Below are positions 35,186 through 48,300 of a stretch of DNA of 64,000 bases, piece after piece. The translations under genes and the position numbers were made by a program. The DNA lies in NCBI GenBank assembly GCA_010909165.1, contig VJWM01000193.1, positions 248,001-312,000 on the forward strand, read 5' to 3'. Below the pieces are notes generated by a model that had not been told where the DNA came from, made no database searches, and was given only the letters and a program-made list of their open reading frames with translations. The stretch comes from Anthoceros angustus (Eukaryota; Plantae; Anthocerotophyta). Each line of letters starts with the position of its first letter. Position 1 is the stretch's first letter.

Positions 35186-36447
35186 TGTAATGCTCTGCCT
35201 TGAAAGGTGTAGAAAGTAACAAGAGGGACAAAATTTCCAAACTAGCTGTTTCACCTAGAAAGGCTATTCAAAGGAAAATCTCAATACAATTTCAAATATT
35301 GGTCCCATGATACATATATAGACCAAATTCTATATATTTCTCGATAAAGAGAAAAGCAAACTAGGGTTGAGAGGAGAACCAAACACGAAATCTCAAGATA
35401 CAATTTTGAGATATATGGCCCAATGACACATATATAGACTAAACTAGATATATTTCTCGATAAACGAAAAGCAAACTAGGGTCCACTATTATTTTTCTTC
35501 CTCTACCAAATAAAGGAAATGATTTTGAGTATTGGAAAAACACCAAAGGAGAACAAAAAGAAGTTTCAGTATAATTTTAAATATATGACCCAATGACACA
35601 TATATAGACTAAAATGGATATACTTCTCCATAAATAGAAAAGCAAACCAGGTTCAAAGGGGAAACGAAAAGTCCATGTAGATGATAATGTTAAGGAAATT
35701 AAGGAAAACACACGAGGCTTGGGAGTGAGAGGAGAATTTTGGTTTGTGTTGAAAAACTATTTTTAATTATTATGCTTGAATCAAAGCTAAATAAATATAG
35801 ATTAAAAGAGTCTATGGAGAAATATGGAAAATTTTACACTCACTAAAATGGAAGAAGAACTTGTTGAATCCTCATACATTGTAGAAAATGAGCAGCTAAC
35901 AACTTCTTCTTTGAATGTCACGCTCCATGTAGAGAAGTTTCCAACCACCTTACAGATGTGCTCTCGGACACGCCAACGTGAATAGGTTGGGAGGAGTTCA
36001 TATTCTTGCTTATTGTTCCGTCCTACCAAAGCACATCAAACGTGCGGTGGGTAGTGGTAACAAAGATCCTCCACCAGTTCCGCTAAGCAGCAACACCAAG
36101 GATGACGAGATAGTCGTTGGGATGCCTCCCCGATTTAGAAGTGCTGTGAGCATAATAGGCAAAGTCACGCAGCGCTTCATCGCTGCTGCTAACGCCATCA
36201 TCGACATTTGATGTGTTTCCAGGGCCTGATTCTAATTTGACGGCCCTTTGCGGACATGGTCCATCTTGACCACGAATCCCATTAAGCTTCTTATAATAAG
36301 CGACTTGGCAATCTGCGAGATGATGGTCTCCTATCACCATCGCACAAATAATTTGGCGAATATAGGTAGGTACTACTATTCTTTGAAAGTCTTAAAATTT
36401 TTGAAGAAAATTTGATGGTTATTATAAATTCATTACAAATGATTACT

Positions 36448-39067
36448 TCAAGGAAGTTTCTCAAAAGTCGCTTTCAACTTCGCCACAAGTTTTGCTAACG
36501 ATAACTTGAAGCCCAAGGACCTACATGTGTCTCCCTCTAGTGCATCACTATGGGGCGTGATAAAGTGTCGATGCAAAACCTCTAGCTCTGCTGAATAAGC
36601 ATTACATGCGCCACAATTTTGGTCCCCACTTTCTTGAAGTGCTCATTAACTAGTTGTTCAAAATGCAAGGAGGATTTCGCATCAAATACAACATGGACTT
36701 GCACAAGAGAAAACAATTTTAAATACTTGAGAATTCTTTTCTCCTTCCTCCAGATTTTGTTGATGATCAAAGTCGGTTCGTTGTAGAAAGGCTTCTCAAG
36801 TGAGCACAAGACTTTGGATTGAAAGGAGCACTTGCATGATGTTAGAAGCCTTTGATTCCAAGCCTCCGATGTCTTCCCATGCCATGTGTTTAGCAAGTCA
36901 GACATACTTCACCGCTTCATAAAGATTGGGATTAATCCGCAAACCTTTAGAGTAATAATGTGCTTGGTGGAACATCGGATACTCACAGAGATATATATCA
37001 AAATATATAGTCCATCATGATATGCCATCTCCTTTGATTACATTACCAAAGATCCATCCGTTCTTCATATACCCGCACGTAAATTGTGTCTGGAAGATTT
37101 TTTACTAGGAGGTCCCCACTCATGTTGAACTCGCTTCATCCATTTCCTCCAATGCCCACATTATTAGTGTTTGAGAAAAGTGGTGGTTGCTTGCATCTTT
37201 GACTATATCAAAATGCTTAAAGGGCTCTCCCTCTGCTCTCTCCTCGATCCTTGTGGCTTCCGGTTTGACACTTGATGCATATTTTGTCATTTCAAGAGAC
37301 ATATCGAATCCATTCTCATGATGATGGCTCGTCACATCTTCACCCACATCCATATTCGCATCAGCAACTACATCCGTATAGGCCCATCCTTGCAAGGGAC
37401 CTTGGAAATGGCCAACTTGCTTTGTTTTTCCCTTATAGGTAGGTGCACCGCTAGGTTGACTAGAAGCATCTTCACCATCGTTGCCGCTGTCTCTACAAGC
37501 CTCCTCCTCATCATGACTTGGATCACTTCATGACTCTCCTCAAGAGTCCGAGTCACTTTCGATGAGGATTCGTCATCGTATTTAATGACTACATGTACAT
37601 CATTCAACCCCACTTGTGACGTGGAACCATCCATCCATGCAACTTCAACATCCCCATTATCCTATTGATGATACACCCAAACCATGCGATTCGGATTCGA
37701 CTTTGGAATATTATGGTCCTTTGGGAGTCGAACGACAACATCTTTGATATTGTAATCATATTGAGCATGCTCGCAAAGCTCAAACACACTAACAACTTCT
37801 TCTTTGAATGTCACGCCCCTTGTAAAGAAGTTCCCAACCACCTTACAGCTTGCAAAGGCGTTGCTTGAAATCCAATTACGTGTTAACGCCAAGGCCATGT
37901 TCGACAATGTTTGAATTGTTTTCGTCATCAACATCTTTAATACACATTGCCTTGGCCAAAAGTTGTGCTCTCCTGGACACGTCAACGTGAATAAGTTGGC
38001 AAGAGTCCATATCCTTGCTTATTGTTCACGCCAAAGCACATCAACGTGGTTTTGATGCCTACCACTTTGTGACAGCCTCGAGTAACACCTTCCTCCTCCT
38101 CGCTTTTGTTTTGGTTGAGATTCTAAACTTGGGCCGCCTTCGATCCTTGCTTCTTGGTTTCACATATGACATTGGCGTCCTCAAAGCTAGAGCCCACAAC
38201 AATCGCTTCATTGTGTTTGAGAGGTTTCATGTGCTCATGCAAAGGCGCCACCTAGTCGCCTAATGTGAGAAAACCTGTTCATGACTACCAAATCTTTTGG
38301 CTTCATTGCATTAGGCTTCCTCCTCGATCCTGTGTACATTGCCATAAGTAGCACACCATTCAACGACAACCATGTTAATATCAATTTGTGAAATTGTCCC
38401 ATAATTTCCTCCTTCGCTTGTTGTAGTTCCCAACTAACCATGTCGCTTTTGTAGAGTTTTTGATGACTTGCTACAACTCTCTCCAATAAATAATGGCATA
38501 TCCTCCTCGCTATGTTGTGACATTTTAGATGGTCGTGGTTTGTAAGCTTTAGTTGGCACTGCTCCATCGTTAAACACCAATGTCACAAGCTCAATCACTG
38601 TGTCTACTTTTCCCACCCATCCAAAGACCGATGACAAAGTCCCCCACTTGAAATGAGCTTATTCTTCTTAAGCTTTTACTATCCATATCCTTTAGGAGCA
38701 TACCATTTGCAAGTTCCAAGTCCACCTGTAATCATAACATTTGTCACGATCCCCATTTGCCCTAATGGGTCTTGTGTAAGTGCCAGCATCGTTATGCCTC
38801 AAAGTCCTATCCACAATATGGAGATGGTGTGGATTCACTATGGTCTTGTTCAAGTCCATCCACAACACTCTTGTTTGCCTACCGGTTCTTCTTCCTCCTC
38901 CGTATCGCTATTATATTCGAGTCCTAACTGGATCTCCAAAGGTCCGGTACAATTCCTAAAAGAGAAGGATTAGATTTCATAGAAACCACATCTTGAAACA
39001 CTGATGTGTTTCGCCCATTTCGGCTTTTTCTTTCCCTTCAACCTTCTCCTTCCATTTTGATCGGCAT
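36448..39067 (-). CDS. UBC23/UBC24-type E2, copy 3 (intronless, frameshifted in this assembly)
   Basis: Same motifs, e.g. DLLNTWHGKTSEAWN, EKPFYNEP, PFKHFDIVKDASNHHF. Confidence 0.85.
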
Positions 39068-40324
39068 TGTAATGCTCGCCTTGAAAGGTGTAGAAAGTAA
39101 CAAGAGGGACAAAATTTCCAAACTAGTCGTTTCACCTAGAAAGGCTATTCAAGGAAAATCTCAATACAATTTCAAATATTGGTCCAATGATACATATATA
39201 GACCAAATTCTATATTTCTCGATAAAGAGAAAAGCAAACTAGGGTTGAGAGGAGAACCAAACGAAATCTCAATACAATTTTGAGATATATGGCCCAATGA
39301 CACATATATAGACTAAACTAGATATATTTCTCGATAAAGAGAAAAGCAAACTAGGGTCCACTATTATTTTTCTTCCTCTACCAAATAAAGGAAATGATTT
39401 TGAGTATTGGAAAAACACCAAAGGAGAACAAAAGAAGTTTCAAGATAATTTTAAATATATGACCCAATGACACATATATAGACTAAAATGGATATACTTC
39501 TCCATAAATAGAAAAGCAAACCAGGTTCAAAGGGAAACGAAAAGTCCATGTAGATGATAATGTTAAGGAAATTAAGGAAAACACACGAGGCTTGGGAGTG
39601 AGAGGAGAATTTTGGTTTGTGTTGAAAAACTATTTTTAATTATTATGCTTGAATCAAAGCTAAATAAATATAGATTAAAAGAGTCTATGGAGAAATATGG
39701 AAAATTTTACACTACTAAAATGGAAGAAGAACTTGTTGAATCCTCATACATTGTAGAAAATGAGCAAGCAACAACTTCTTCTTTGAATGTCACGCTCCAT
39801 GTAGAGAAGTTTCCAACCACCTTACGGATGTGCTCTGGACACGTCAACGTGAATAGGTTGGGAGGAGTTCATATTCTTGCTTATTGTTCCGTCCTACCAA
39901 AGCACATCAAACGCGGTGTGGGTAGTGGTAACAAAGATCCTCCACAACAAAGTTCCTGTTCCAGCAACACCAAGGATGACGAGATAGTCGTTGGGATGCC
40001 TCCTGGCGATTTAGAAGTCAGTGAGCATAATAGGCAAAGTCACGCAGTTGGGCGTTTCATCGTCGATTCTAACGCCATCATCGACATTTGATGTGTTTCC
40101 GGCCTGATTCTAATTTGACTGACCCTTTATGACATGGTCCATGCCGAATCCATCCCCATTAAGCTTCTTATAATAAGCGACTTGGCAATCATGCGAGATG
40201 ATGGTCTCCTATCACCCTCGCACAAATAATTTGGCGAATATAGGTAGGTACTACTATTCTTTGAAAGTCTTAAAATTTTGAAGAAAATTTGATGGTTATT
40301 ATAAATTCATTACAAATGATTACT

Positions 40325-42939
40325 TCAAGGAAGTTTCTCAAAAGTCGCTTTCAACTTCGCCACAAGTTTTGCTAACGATAACTTGAAGCCCAAGGACCTA
40401 CATGTGTCTCCTCTAGTGCATCACTATGGGAACGTGATAAAGTGTCGATGCAAAACCTACTCTAGCTCCTCAATAAGCATTACATACGCCACAATTTTGG
40501 TCCCCACTTTCTTGAAGTGCTCATTAACTAGTTGTTCAAAATGCAAGGGAGGATTTCGCATCAAATACAACATGGACTTGCAGCACAAGAGAAAACAATT
40601 TTCTCGATACTTGAGAATTCTTTTCTCCTTCCTCATTTTGTTGATGATCAAAAGTCCGGTTCAGAAAGGCTTCTCGAGTGAGCACAAGACTTTGGATTGA
40701 AAGGAGCACTTGCATGATGTTAGAAGCCTTTGATTCCAAGCCTCCGATGTCTTCCCATGCCATGTGTTTAGTGAGACATACTTCACCGCTTTTCATGATT
40801 GGGATTAATCCAAAAACCTTTAGAGTAATAATGTGCTTGGTGGAACATCGGGATACTCGCGAGATATATATCAAAAATATATAGTCCATCATGATATGGG
40901 GCCATCCGCCCTGATGATTACCCCGTCAAAAGATCCATCCGCTCTTCATATACCCGCACGTAAATTGTGTCCGGAAGATTTTTTACTAGGAGGTCCCACT
41001 CATGTTGAACTCGCTTCATCCATTTCCTCCAATGCCCACATTATTAGTGTTTGAGAAAAGTGGTGGTTGCTTGCATCTTTGACTATATCAAAATGCTTAA
41101 AGGGCTCTCCCTCCTCCTCCTCGATCCTTGTGGCTTCCGGCTCGACACTTGATGCATATTTTGTCATTTCAAGAGACATATCAATCCATTCTCATGATGG
41201 CGTGCTCGTCACATCTTCACCCACATCCATATTCGCACCAGCCTACATCCGTGATAGGCTCATCCTTGCAAGGGACCTTGAAATGGCCAACTTGCTTTGT
41301 TTTTCCCTTATAGGTAGGTGCACCGCTAGGTTGACTAGAAGCATCTTCACCATCGTTGCCGCCACTACAAGCCTCCTCCTCATCATGACTTGGATCACTC
41401 GGATCATGACCGCTCTCAAGAGTCTCGAGTCACTTTATGAGGATTCGCCATCGTATTTAATGACTACATGTACATCATTCAACCCCACTCTTGACGTGGA
41501 ACCATCCATCCATGCAACTTCAACATCCCCATTATCCGACAGCTGTTGGATGATACACCCAAACCATGCAGTGGATTCGACTTTGGAATATTATGGTCCT
41601 TTGGGAGTCGAACGACAACATCTTTGATATTGTAATCATATTGAGCATGCTGTCAAAGCTCAAACACACTAACAACTTCTTCTTTGAATGTCACGTCCCT
41701 TGTAAAGAAGTTCCCAACCACCTTACAGTTATGCGTTGCTTGAAATCCACCCACACATATAACGCCAAGGCCATGTTCGACAATGTTTGAATTGTTTTCG
41801 TCATCAACATCTTTAATACACATTGCCTTGGCCAAAAGTTGTGCTCTCCGGACACGCCAACGTGAATAAGTTGGCAAGAGTCCATATCCTTGCTTATTGT
41901 TCCGTCTCGCCAAAGCACATCAATCGTGGTTTTGATGCCTACCACTTTGTGATGACCTCGAGTAACACCTTCCTCCTCCTCGCGTTTTGGCGCTTTGGTT
42001 GAGATTCTAAACTTGGGCGCCGCCTTCGATCCTTGCTTCTTGGTTTCACATATGACATTGGCGTCCTCAAAGCTAGAGCCCACAACAATCGCTTCATTGT
42101 GTTTGAGAGGTTTCATGTGCTCATGCAAAAGGCATCGGCCACCTAGGCTGTAATCAGAAAAGCGGTTCATGATAACAAATTTGCTACTAGGCTTCCTCCG
42201 ATCCGTACATTGCCATAAGTAGCACACCATTCAACGACAACCATGTTAATATCAATTTGTGAAATTGTCCCACATAATTTCCTCCTTCGCTTGTAGTTCC
42301 CAACTAACCATGTCGCTTTTGTAGAGTTTTTGATGACTTGCTACAACTCTCGACCAATAAATAATGGCATATCCTCCTCCTCGCTATGTTGTGACATTTT
42401 AGATGGTCGTGGTTTGTAAGCTTTAGTTGGCACTGCTCCATCGTTAAACACCAATGTCACAAGCTCAATCACCGTGTCTACTTTTCCCACCCATCCAAGA
42501 TGACAAAGTCCCACTTGAAATGAGCTTATTCTTCTTAAGCTTTTACTATCCATATCCTTTAGGAGCATACCATTTGCAAGTTCCAAGTCCACCGTAATCA
42601 TGACATTTGTCACGATCCCCATTTGCCCTAATGGGTCTTGTGTAAGTGCTAACGCATCGTTATGCCTCAAAGTCCTATCCACAATATGGAGATGGTGTGG
42701 ATTCACTATGGTCTTGTTCAAGTCCATCCACAACACTCTTGTTTGCCTACCGGTTTCTTCTTCCTCCTCCGTATCGCTATTATATTCCGAGTCAACTGGA
42801 TCTCCAAAGGTCCGTCAGACAATTCCTAAAAGAGAAGGATTAGATTTCATAGAAACCACATCTTCGCGAAACACTGATGTTTCACGCCATTTCGCTTTTT
42901 CTTTCCTTCGAACCCTTCTCCTTCCATTTTGATCGGCAT
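40325..42939 (-). CDS. UBC23/UBC24-type E2, copy 4 (intronless, frameshifted in this assembly)
   Basis: Same motifs, e.g. VVGIKTTIDVLWRDGT, HNFWPRQCV, YRENCFLLCCKSMLYLMRNPPLHFEQLV. Confidence 0.85.
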
Positions 42940-44429
42940 TGTAATGCTCGCCTTGAAAGGTGTAGAAAGTAACAAGAGGGACAAAATTTCCAAACTAGTC
43001 ATTTCACCTAGAAAGGCTATTCAAAGGAAAATCTCAATACAATTTCAAATATTGGTCCAATGATACATATATAGACCAAATTCTATATATTTCTCGATAA
43101 AGAGAAAAGCAAACTAGGGTTGAGAGGAGAACCAAACACGAAATCTCAAGATAATTTTGAGATATATGGCCCAATGACACATATATAGACTAAACTAGAT
43201 ATATTTCTCGATAAACGAAAAGCAAACTAGGGTCCACTATTATTTTTCTTCCTCTACCAAATAAAGGAAATGATTTTGAGTATTGGAAAACACCAAAGGA
43301 GAACAAAAAGAAGTTTCAAGATAATTTTAAATATATGACCCAATGACACATATATAGACTAAAATGGATATACTTCTCCATAAATAGAAAAGCAAACCAG
43401 GTTCAAAGGGGAAACCTAAAAAGTCCATGTAGATGATAATGTTAAGGAAATTAAGGAAAACACACGAGGCTTGGGAGTGAGAGGAGAATTTTGGTTTGTG
43501 TTGAAAAACTATTTTTAATTATTATGCTTGAATCAAAGCTAAATAAATATAGATTAAAAGAGTCTATGGAGAAATATGGAAAATTTTACACTCACTAAAA
43601 ATGGAAGAAGAACTTGTTGAATCCTCATACATTGAAGAAAATGAGCAGCTAACAACTTCTTCTTTGAATGTCACGTCTCCATGTAGAGAAGTTTCCAACC
43701 ACCTTACAGATGTGCTCTCTGGACACGTCAACGTGAATAGGTTGGGAGGAGTTCATATTCTTGCTTATTGTTCCGTCTCTACCAAAGCACATCAAACGTG
43801 CAGGTGGGTAGTGGTAACAAAGATCCTCCACAGTCAGGTTCCCAGTTGGGCAGCAACACCAAGGATGACGAGATAGTCGTTGGGATGCCTACCACTGATT
43901 TAGAAGTGCTGTGTGAGCATAATAGGCAAAGTCACGCAGTGGGCGTTTCATCGTCAGTGCTAACGCCATCATCGACATTTGATGTGTTTCCATGGCCTGA
44001 TTCTAATTTGGACGGCCCTTGACATGGTCCATGCTGACCCTGAATCCCATTAAGCTTCTTATAATAAGCGACTTGGCAATCTACGAGATGATGGTCTCCT
44101 ATCACCTACTGGGTGTAAGCATGGTTTGGTGGTACACTTTTGTACCATATGGTTGTGGTACACTTGGTTACTTTTGAGAGATGAGAGAGAGATGTGAGAG
44201 AGTGATGTGAGATAGTCAAAGTTTCACTAAATTAATATTTTTTATTTTACTTATAGTTATAGTTTTATATTATTGTAGTTGATTATTTTATCTTACGTTT
44301 ACCTTGTCTATTTTTTACTTGTTTGAAGGTCAACGATCGCTTACCTTCGGCCGAAAGGCCTTCTGCTTCCTCCCGCCTCCACCTTCTTACATGTGCCTAC
44401 GCTTTGGCCGCGCCGGGTCTGCCTGTTGA

Positions 44430-45130
44430 TGCTCGAGGCCCTCTGCACGCCGAGGCCCTCTGCTGCTGGTCCTGCTCTCTGCTGATGCTCGAGGCCCTCT
44501 GCTGCTTCTTGAGGCCCTCTGCTGCTGCTCGAGGCCCTCTGCTGCTGCTGCTGGTCACGCCCTCTGCTGCTGCTGGTCACGCCCTCTGCTGCTGGTCCCG
44601 CCTAGGCCGGGTCCATCTGCTATCACAGGTGCTCCTATGTTTCTCCTACCAAAATTTATTCCCAGAAGGATGCTGCCTCAAGGCCGAGAGCGTGGGAAGC
44701 TTCAAGGGAGCTTGGGAGCTTAGGAGCCGAGAGCGTGGGAAGCTTGGGAGCCGAGAGCGTGGGAAGCTTGGGAGCCGAGGCGTGGGAAGCTTGGGAGTCG
44801 AGGCGTGGGAAGCTTGGGAGCTTGGGAGGAGTGTGGGAAGCTTGGGAGCTTGGGAGCTCAAGGCCGAGAGCGTGGGAAGCTTGGGAGCCGAGAGCGTGGG
44901 AAGCTTCAAGGAGCTTGGGAGCAAGGCCGAGAGCGTGGGAAGCTTCAAGGAGCTTGGGAGCCTGAAGGCCGAGAGCGTGGGAAGCTTGGGAGCTCAAGGC
45001 CGAGGCGTGGGAAGCTTGGGAGCTTGGGAGCCGAGGCGTGGGAGCTTGGGAGCTGAGGCCCTCTGCTGGTCACGCCCTCTGCTGCTGCTGCTGCTGCTGC
45101 TGGTCACGCCCTCTGCTGCTGGTCACGCCC

Positions 45131-45173
<43 letters not shown>

Positions 45174-45210
45174 ACGCCCTCTGCTGCTGCTGCTGCTGCT
45201 GGTCACGCCC

Positions 45211-45250
<40 letters not shown>

Positions 45251-45262
45251 ACGCCCTCTGGT
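44430..45262. repeat. Compound satellite: (CTG)n/gtcacgccct block, then (gggaagcttgggagccgagagcgt)n block, then (CTG)n block
   Basis: Directly visible. The central block (~44680-45055) is rich in AAGCTT. Confidence 0.9.
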
Positions 45263-45379
45263 CTTGCTCTTGCCCTCTGCGGTGTCTAAGAGTCAAGCAT
45301 GCTGGTTTTTCTTACTTTAGGGTGCATGCTGGTTTGTGCTTTTATTAACATGTTGCTAAAGCTTTTCGTTGTAGATGTT

Positions 45380-48300
45380 GTAGCTTGAATCAGCAGCAGG
45401 CTCATCTACCGCCGCTACTGCTGCTGCGGGCAATTTAGGTCAACATTGAGGACAAGGTGCTAGGATGCTTGCATCTATTTATAGTGACATGGTGGCGTCT
45501 GATGAGGAGATTGTAGGAATGACACGGAATCGGAAGCGTGCTCTAAAGAATGCTGTGACTTGACAAGCCCGTGTGAAAGCCTTGGAGGCGCACCCAAGTG
45601 GAAGCGCCCACTTGGTGTTGGCACACTGGAGACTTTGTCCCGCGAGAGGAAGGAGTGAGCGTTCGTGACATGCTTCAGTGAAGGAGGCGGTGGGAGGCCA
45701 AGACGTGTTTGACCTACGGTTTGGTGTAGAGAGCGGCGGTGAGGCTTCTGGTGGAAAGGATCGAAAGTTTTCGGATAAGGAGGCGGAACATTGATGACGA
45801 TCTTCCATATTTATGGCGAGCTAGTAGTGGTGGCCAAAAATCCGAGGTTGATGGCCTTGGGCATCCTAGTGGAGAAAAATGCACAAGGCATGGGTTAGCC
45901 TTCAAACAGAAACAATGGAAAGCCTTGAAGGAGGAGAAGAAGAAGGGTCGGGCGGGGAGAAGGAGAAGAAAGTGGATGTCCGGAAGAGACCCACGATTCA
46001 CAAGGCCCGTAACAAGGTCACAGGGTGGGGAAAGGTAAGGTTGGGATTGAGCATGTGTCTTGATTCCGAGGATGCCCATGAGGAGGTGAGATGGTGACGC
46101 CGGGAGCAAGAGGAGGACATGCACCGAGGCGTGAGGAAGAACTTATTCGACAAGGAGGCGAAGTCATAGGCTTGGTAGAGGAGGACAAAAATCATCGTGT
46201 TCTTTTAGCGAGAGGATGGAGAAGAGGAGGCGGGGCAATCGGTGGGTCATTTTCTCGTTCGGCTAGTTGATTATGAAGTTTTTTTTGGTGATATGCTTGA
46301 GCTTGATCCTGAGCGGTGGGTGTGATTGCGGGCTGGTCCGGATATCTATCTGAGCTCGAATGTTTTTTGTGTGTTGGAGCTTGATCCGGCGGCAGATTGT
46401 TTTGTGTTTGAAGTGTGCTTTCAACCTTGAGACAGATCTACTCACGTTTGAACACGTGAACACCGGCCTGAATCTGCTTCACATGTTCAGTGTGCCTTCA
46501 ACAGCCTTAGCCTTGATAGGCCTTCGTGATCCTTGACATGATTAGCCTGTGCCGGATCCTTGACACCCACATCCTTCCGTGGCTAGATGCATACTGTGAA
46601 TGCTTGAGCATGTGAGGGTGGTGGGTGTGATGCGATGATTTAGCTCTTGGATGCATCCCAGTCTGATGTTTGCGCTCTAAAATTACTAGACCTTCGTGGC
46701 TTTGAACTTGGTGGTGTAGCTTGTGCTTATGGTAGCTTCTTGAGCTGTAGTGCAAGATGAGCTTATGGATGCTGGTCCAGTGATCTGCAGGCAAGATGTG
46801 AACGGGTAGGTGGTGCGTGTTAGATGGTTGGTCCGGATATCTATCTGAGCTCGAATGTTTTGTGTGTGTGTTGGAGCTTGATCCAAGCCAAATTGTTTTG
46901 TGTGTGTGGTGCTTTGAACCTGACAGATGATGCATCTAATGACATCGAACATGTGAATACCAGCCTCATTTTCTAGCGGAGTAGTGTGTGTCATTGGCGG
47001 CCGTGTTAGATGCTTTGTCTACATGTCTATCTACATGCTCTGAAGTATTTTTTTGTGAAATGTTTGAGCTTGATCCTTGACATGAACTGCCTTGTGTGCT
47101 GGATCCTTGACACCCACATCCTTGTGTGTTAGACCAGAACATATGAATGCACAGCCTTGAGCGGTCCTAGCAGTGAGTGGTGGGTGTGATGCAGGACAGA
47201 TGTATCTCTTGGTCCAGATGTTTTGCTGGCTCTAAAAATTACTAGAGCATGCTCTGAATGTTTTGTGTGTGTGTGATGGAGCTTGATCCAGGCAGCCAAA
47301 TTGTTTTGTGTGTGTGGTGTGCTTTGAACCTGATGATGATGTGATTACCATGATCACTCATGTCTCTGCGGTACATGCCCAAGTTCTGTGATATGTTTGA
47401 GCTTGATCCTTGACATGAACAGCCTTGTGTGCTGAATCCTTGACATGAACAGCCTTGTGTGCTGGATCCTTGACACCCACATCCTAGCGATGAGTAGTGT
47501 GTGCCATTGGTGCCATGTGTTTACGCTTTGCAGGCCCTGCCTTGAGCCCTACCACACATTTCAAAGGGTTTCCATGGTTTTCGCATCCATTGCGATTAAC
47601 AGGTTTGCCCCTTGCACAATTGTGTACACGATGGGATGATGTTTTATTTGCATGACCTTATGTTGACCGGACACGATTGTACAAAAGTATCGCCTTGGCA
47701 AGCTCGGTTTTGTAAGCTCATCACCGCATGGTGTGGGTGTTTCCAAGTTGGTAGCATGCTAATTCTTTGCTATGTGCATTTGTTTTCCCAACTGTTGATT
47801 TAGTTCAAACCGCTTTAGGCTCTGGGAGGGATACTTCATGGGGGCACTTGGGCATTCACATTTGGTGCATTGGTTGGTGCAACCGCATATTGACATTTGG
47901 TGTTGTTTGGTCATTCTGTCCTTGCATTCGTGCAGTCAGGCCTTCCGTGGTTGGGCATCTTGGCATGGGGTGCCTAGCGTCATCACCACGCTTGGGCATA
48001 GTCATTCGTCATTCCTCACGGCGCATTTCGTCATTCCCTAATGTCGGAGTTTGGGCATTTCGTCATTCCATCATGTCGGGCAGTTGGGCATTTCGTCATT
48101 CCTCATGTTCATATGTGACACGCATTTTCTCGCTTGTCGGTCATGTGGGCAAGGAGGGCATGTCACTTTCATGGGCAGCATGCCTTGGGCATTAATAACA
48201 TGAGCCTAACCATTTTTTGGAAGTTCATCTTGTTTTACAATGTGCATCCCACCCTCTTGTGCAGGTGGGATACTGTGCCGCACAAGCACATAAAGACTCG

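Larger units (their letters stand above)
22881..44106. repeat. ~21 kb tandem array: three 1.1-1.4 kb partial units, four ~3.9 kb UBC-bearing units, and a terminal partial unit
   Basis: Marker ttcacctagaaaggctattca recurs near 23771, 24962, 26393, 27464, 31339, 35250, 39132 and 43004. Homology ends abruptly at ...ggtctcctatcacc 44106. Confidence 0.95.

Noticed and set aside
28638-42939. Assigning the symbol PHO2/UBC24
   Set aside because: The motifs fit the UBC23/24 family and look at least as close to UBC23. Orthology needs a phylogeny.
22881-44106. Endogenous giant-virus origin for the intronless, AT-rich UBC genes
   Set aside because: The full plant UBC23/24 N-terminal architecture is present and no viral hallmark genes are visible.
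44323-45348. 341-aa ORF
   Set aside because: It has no ATG start and consists of translated satellite (poly-L/C/A and GSLG repeats).
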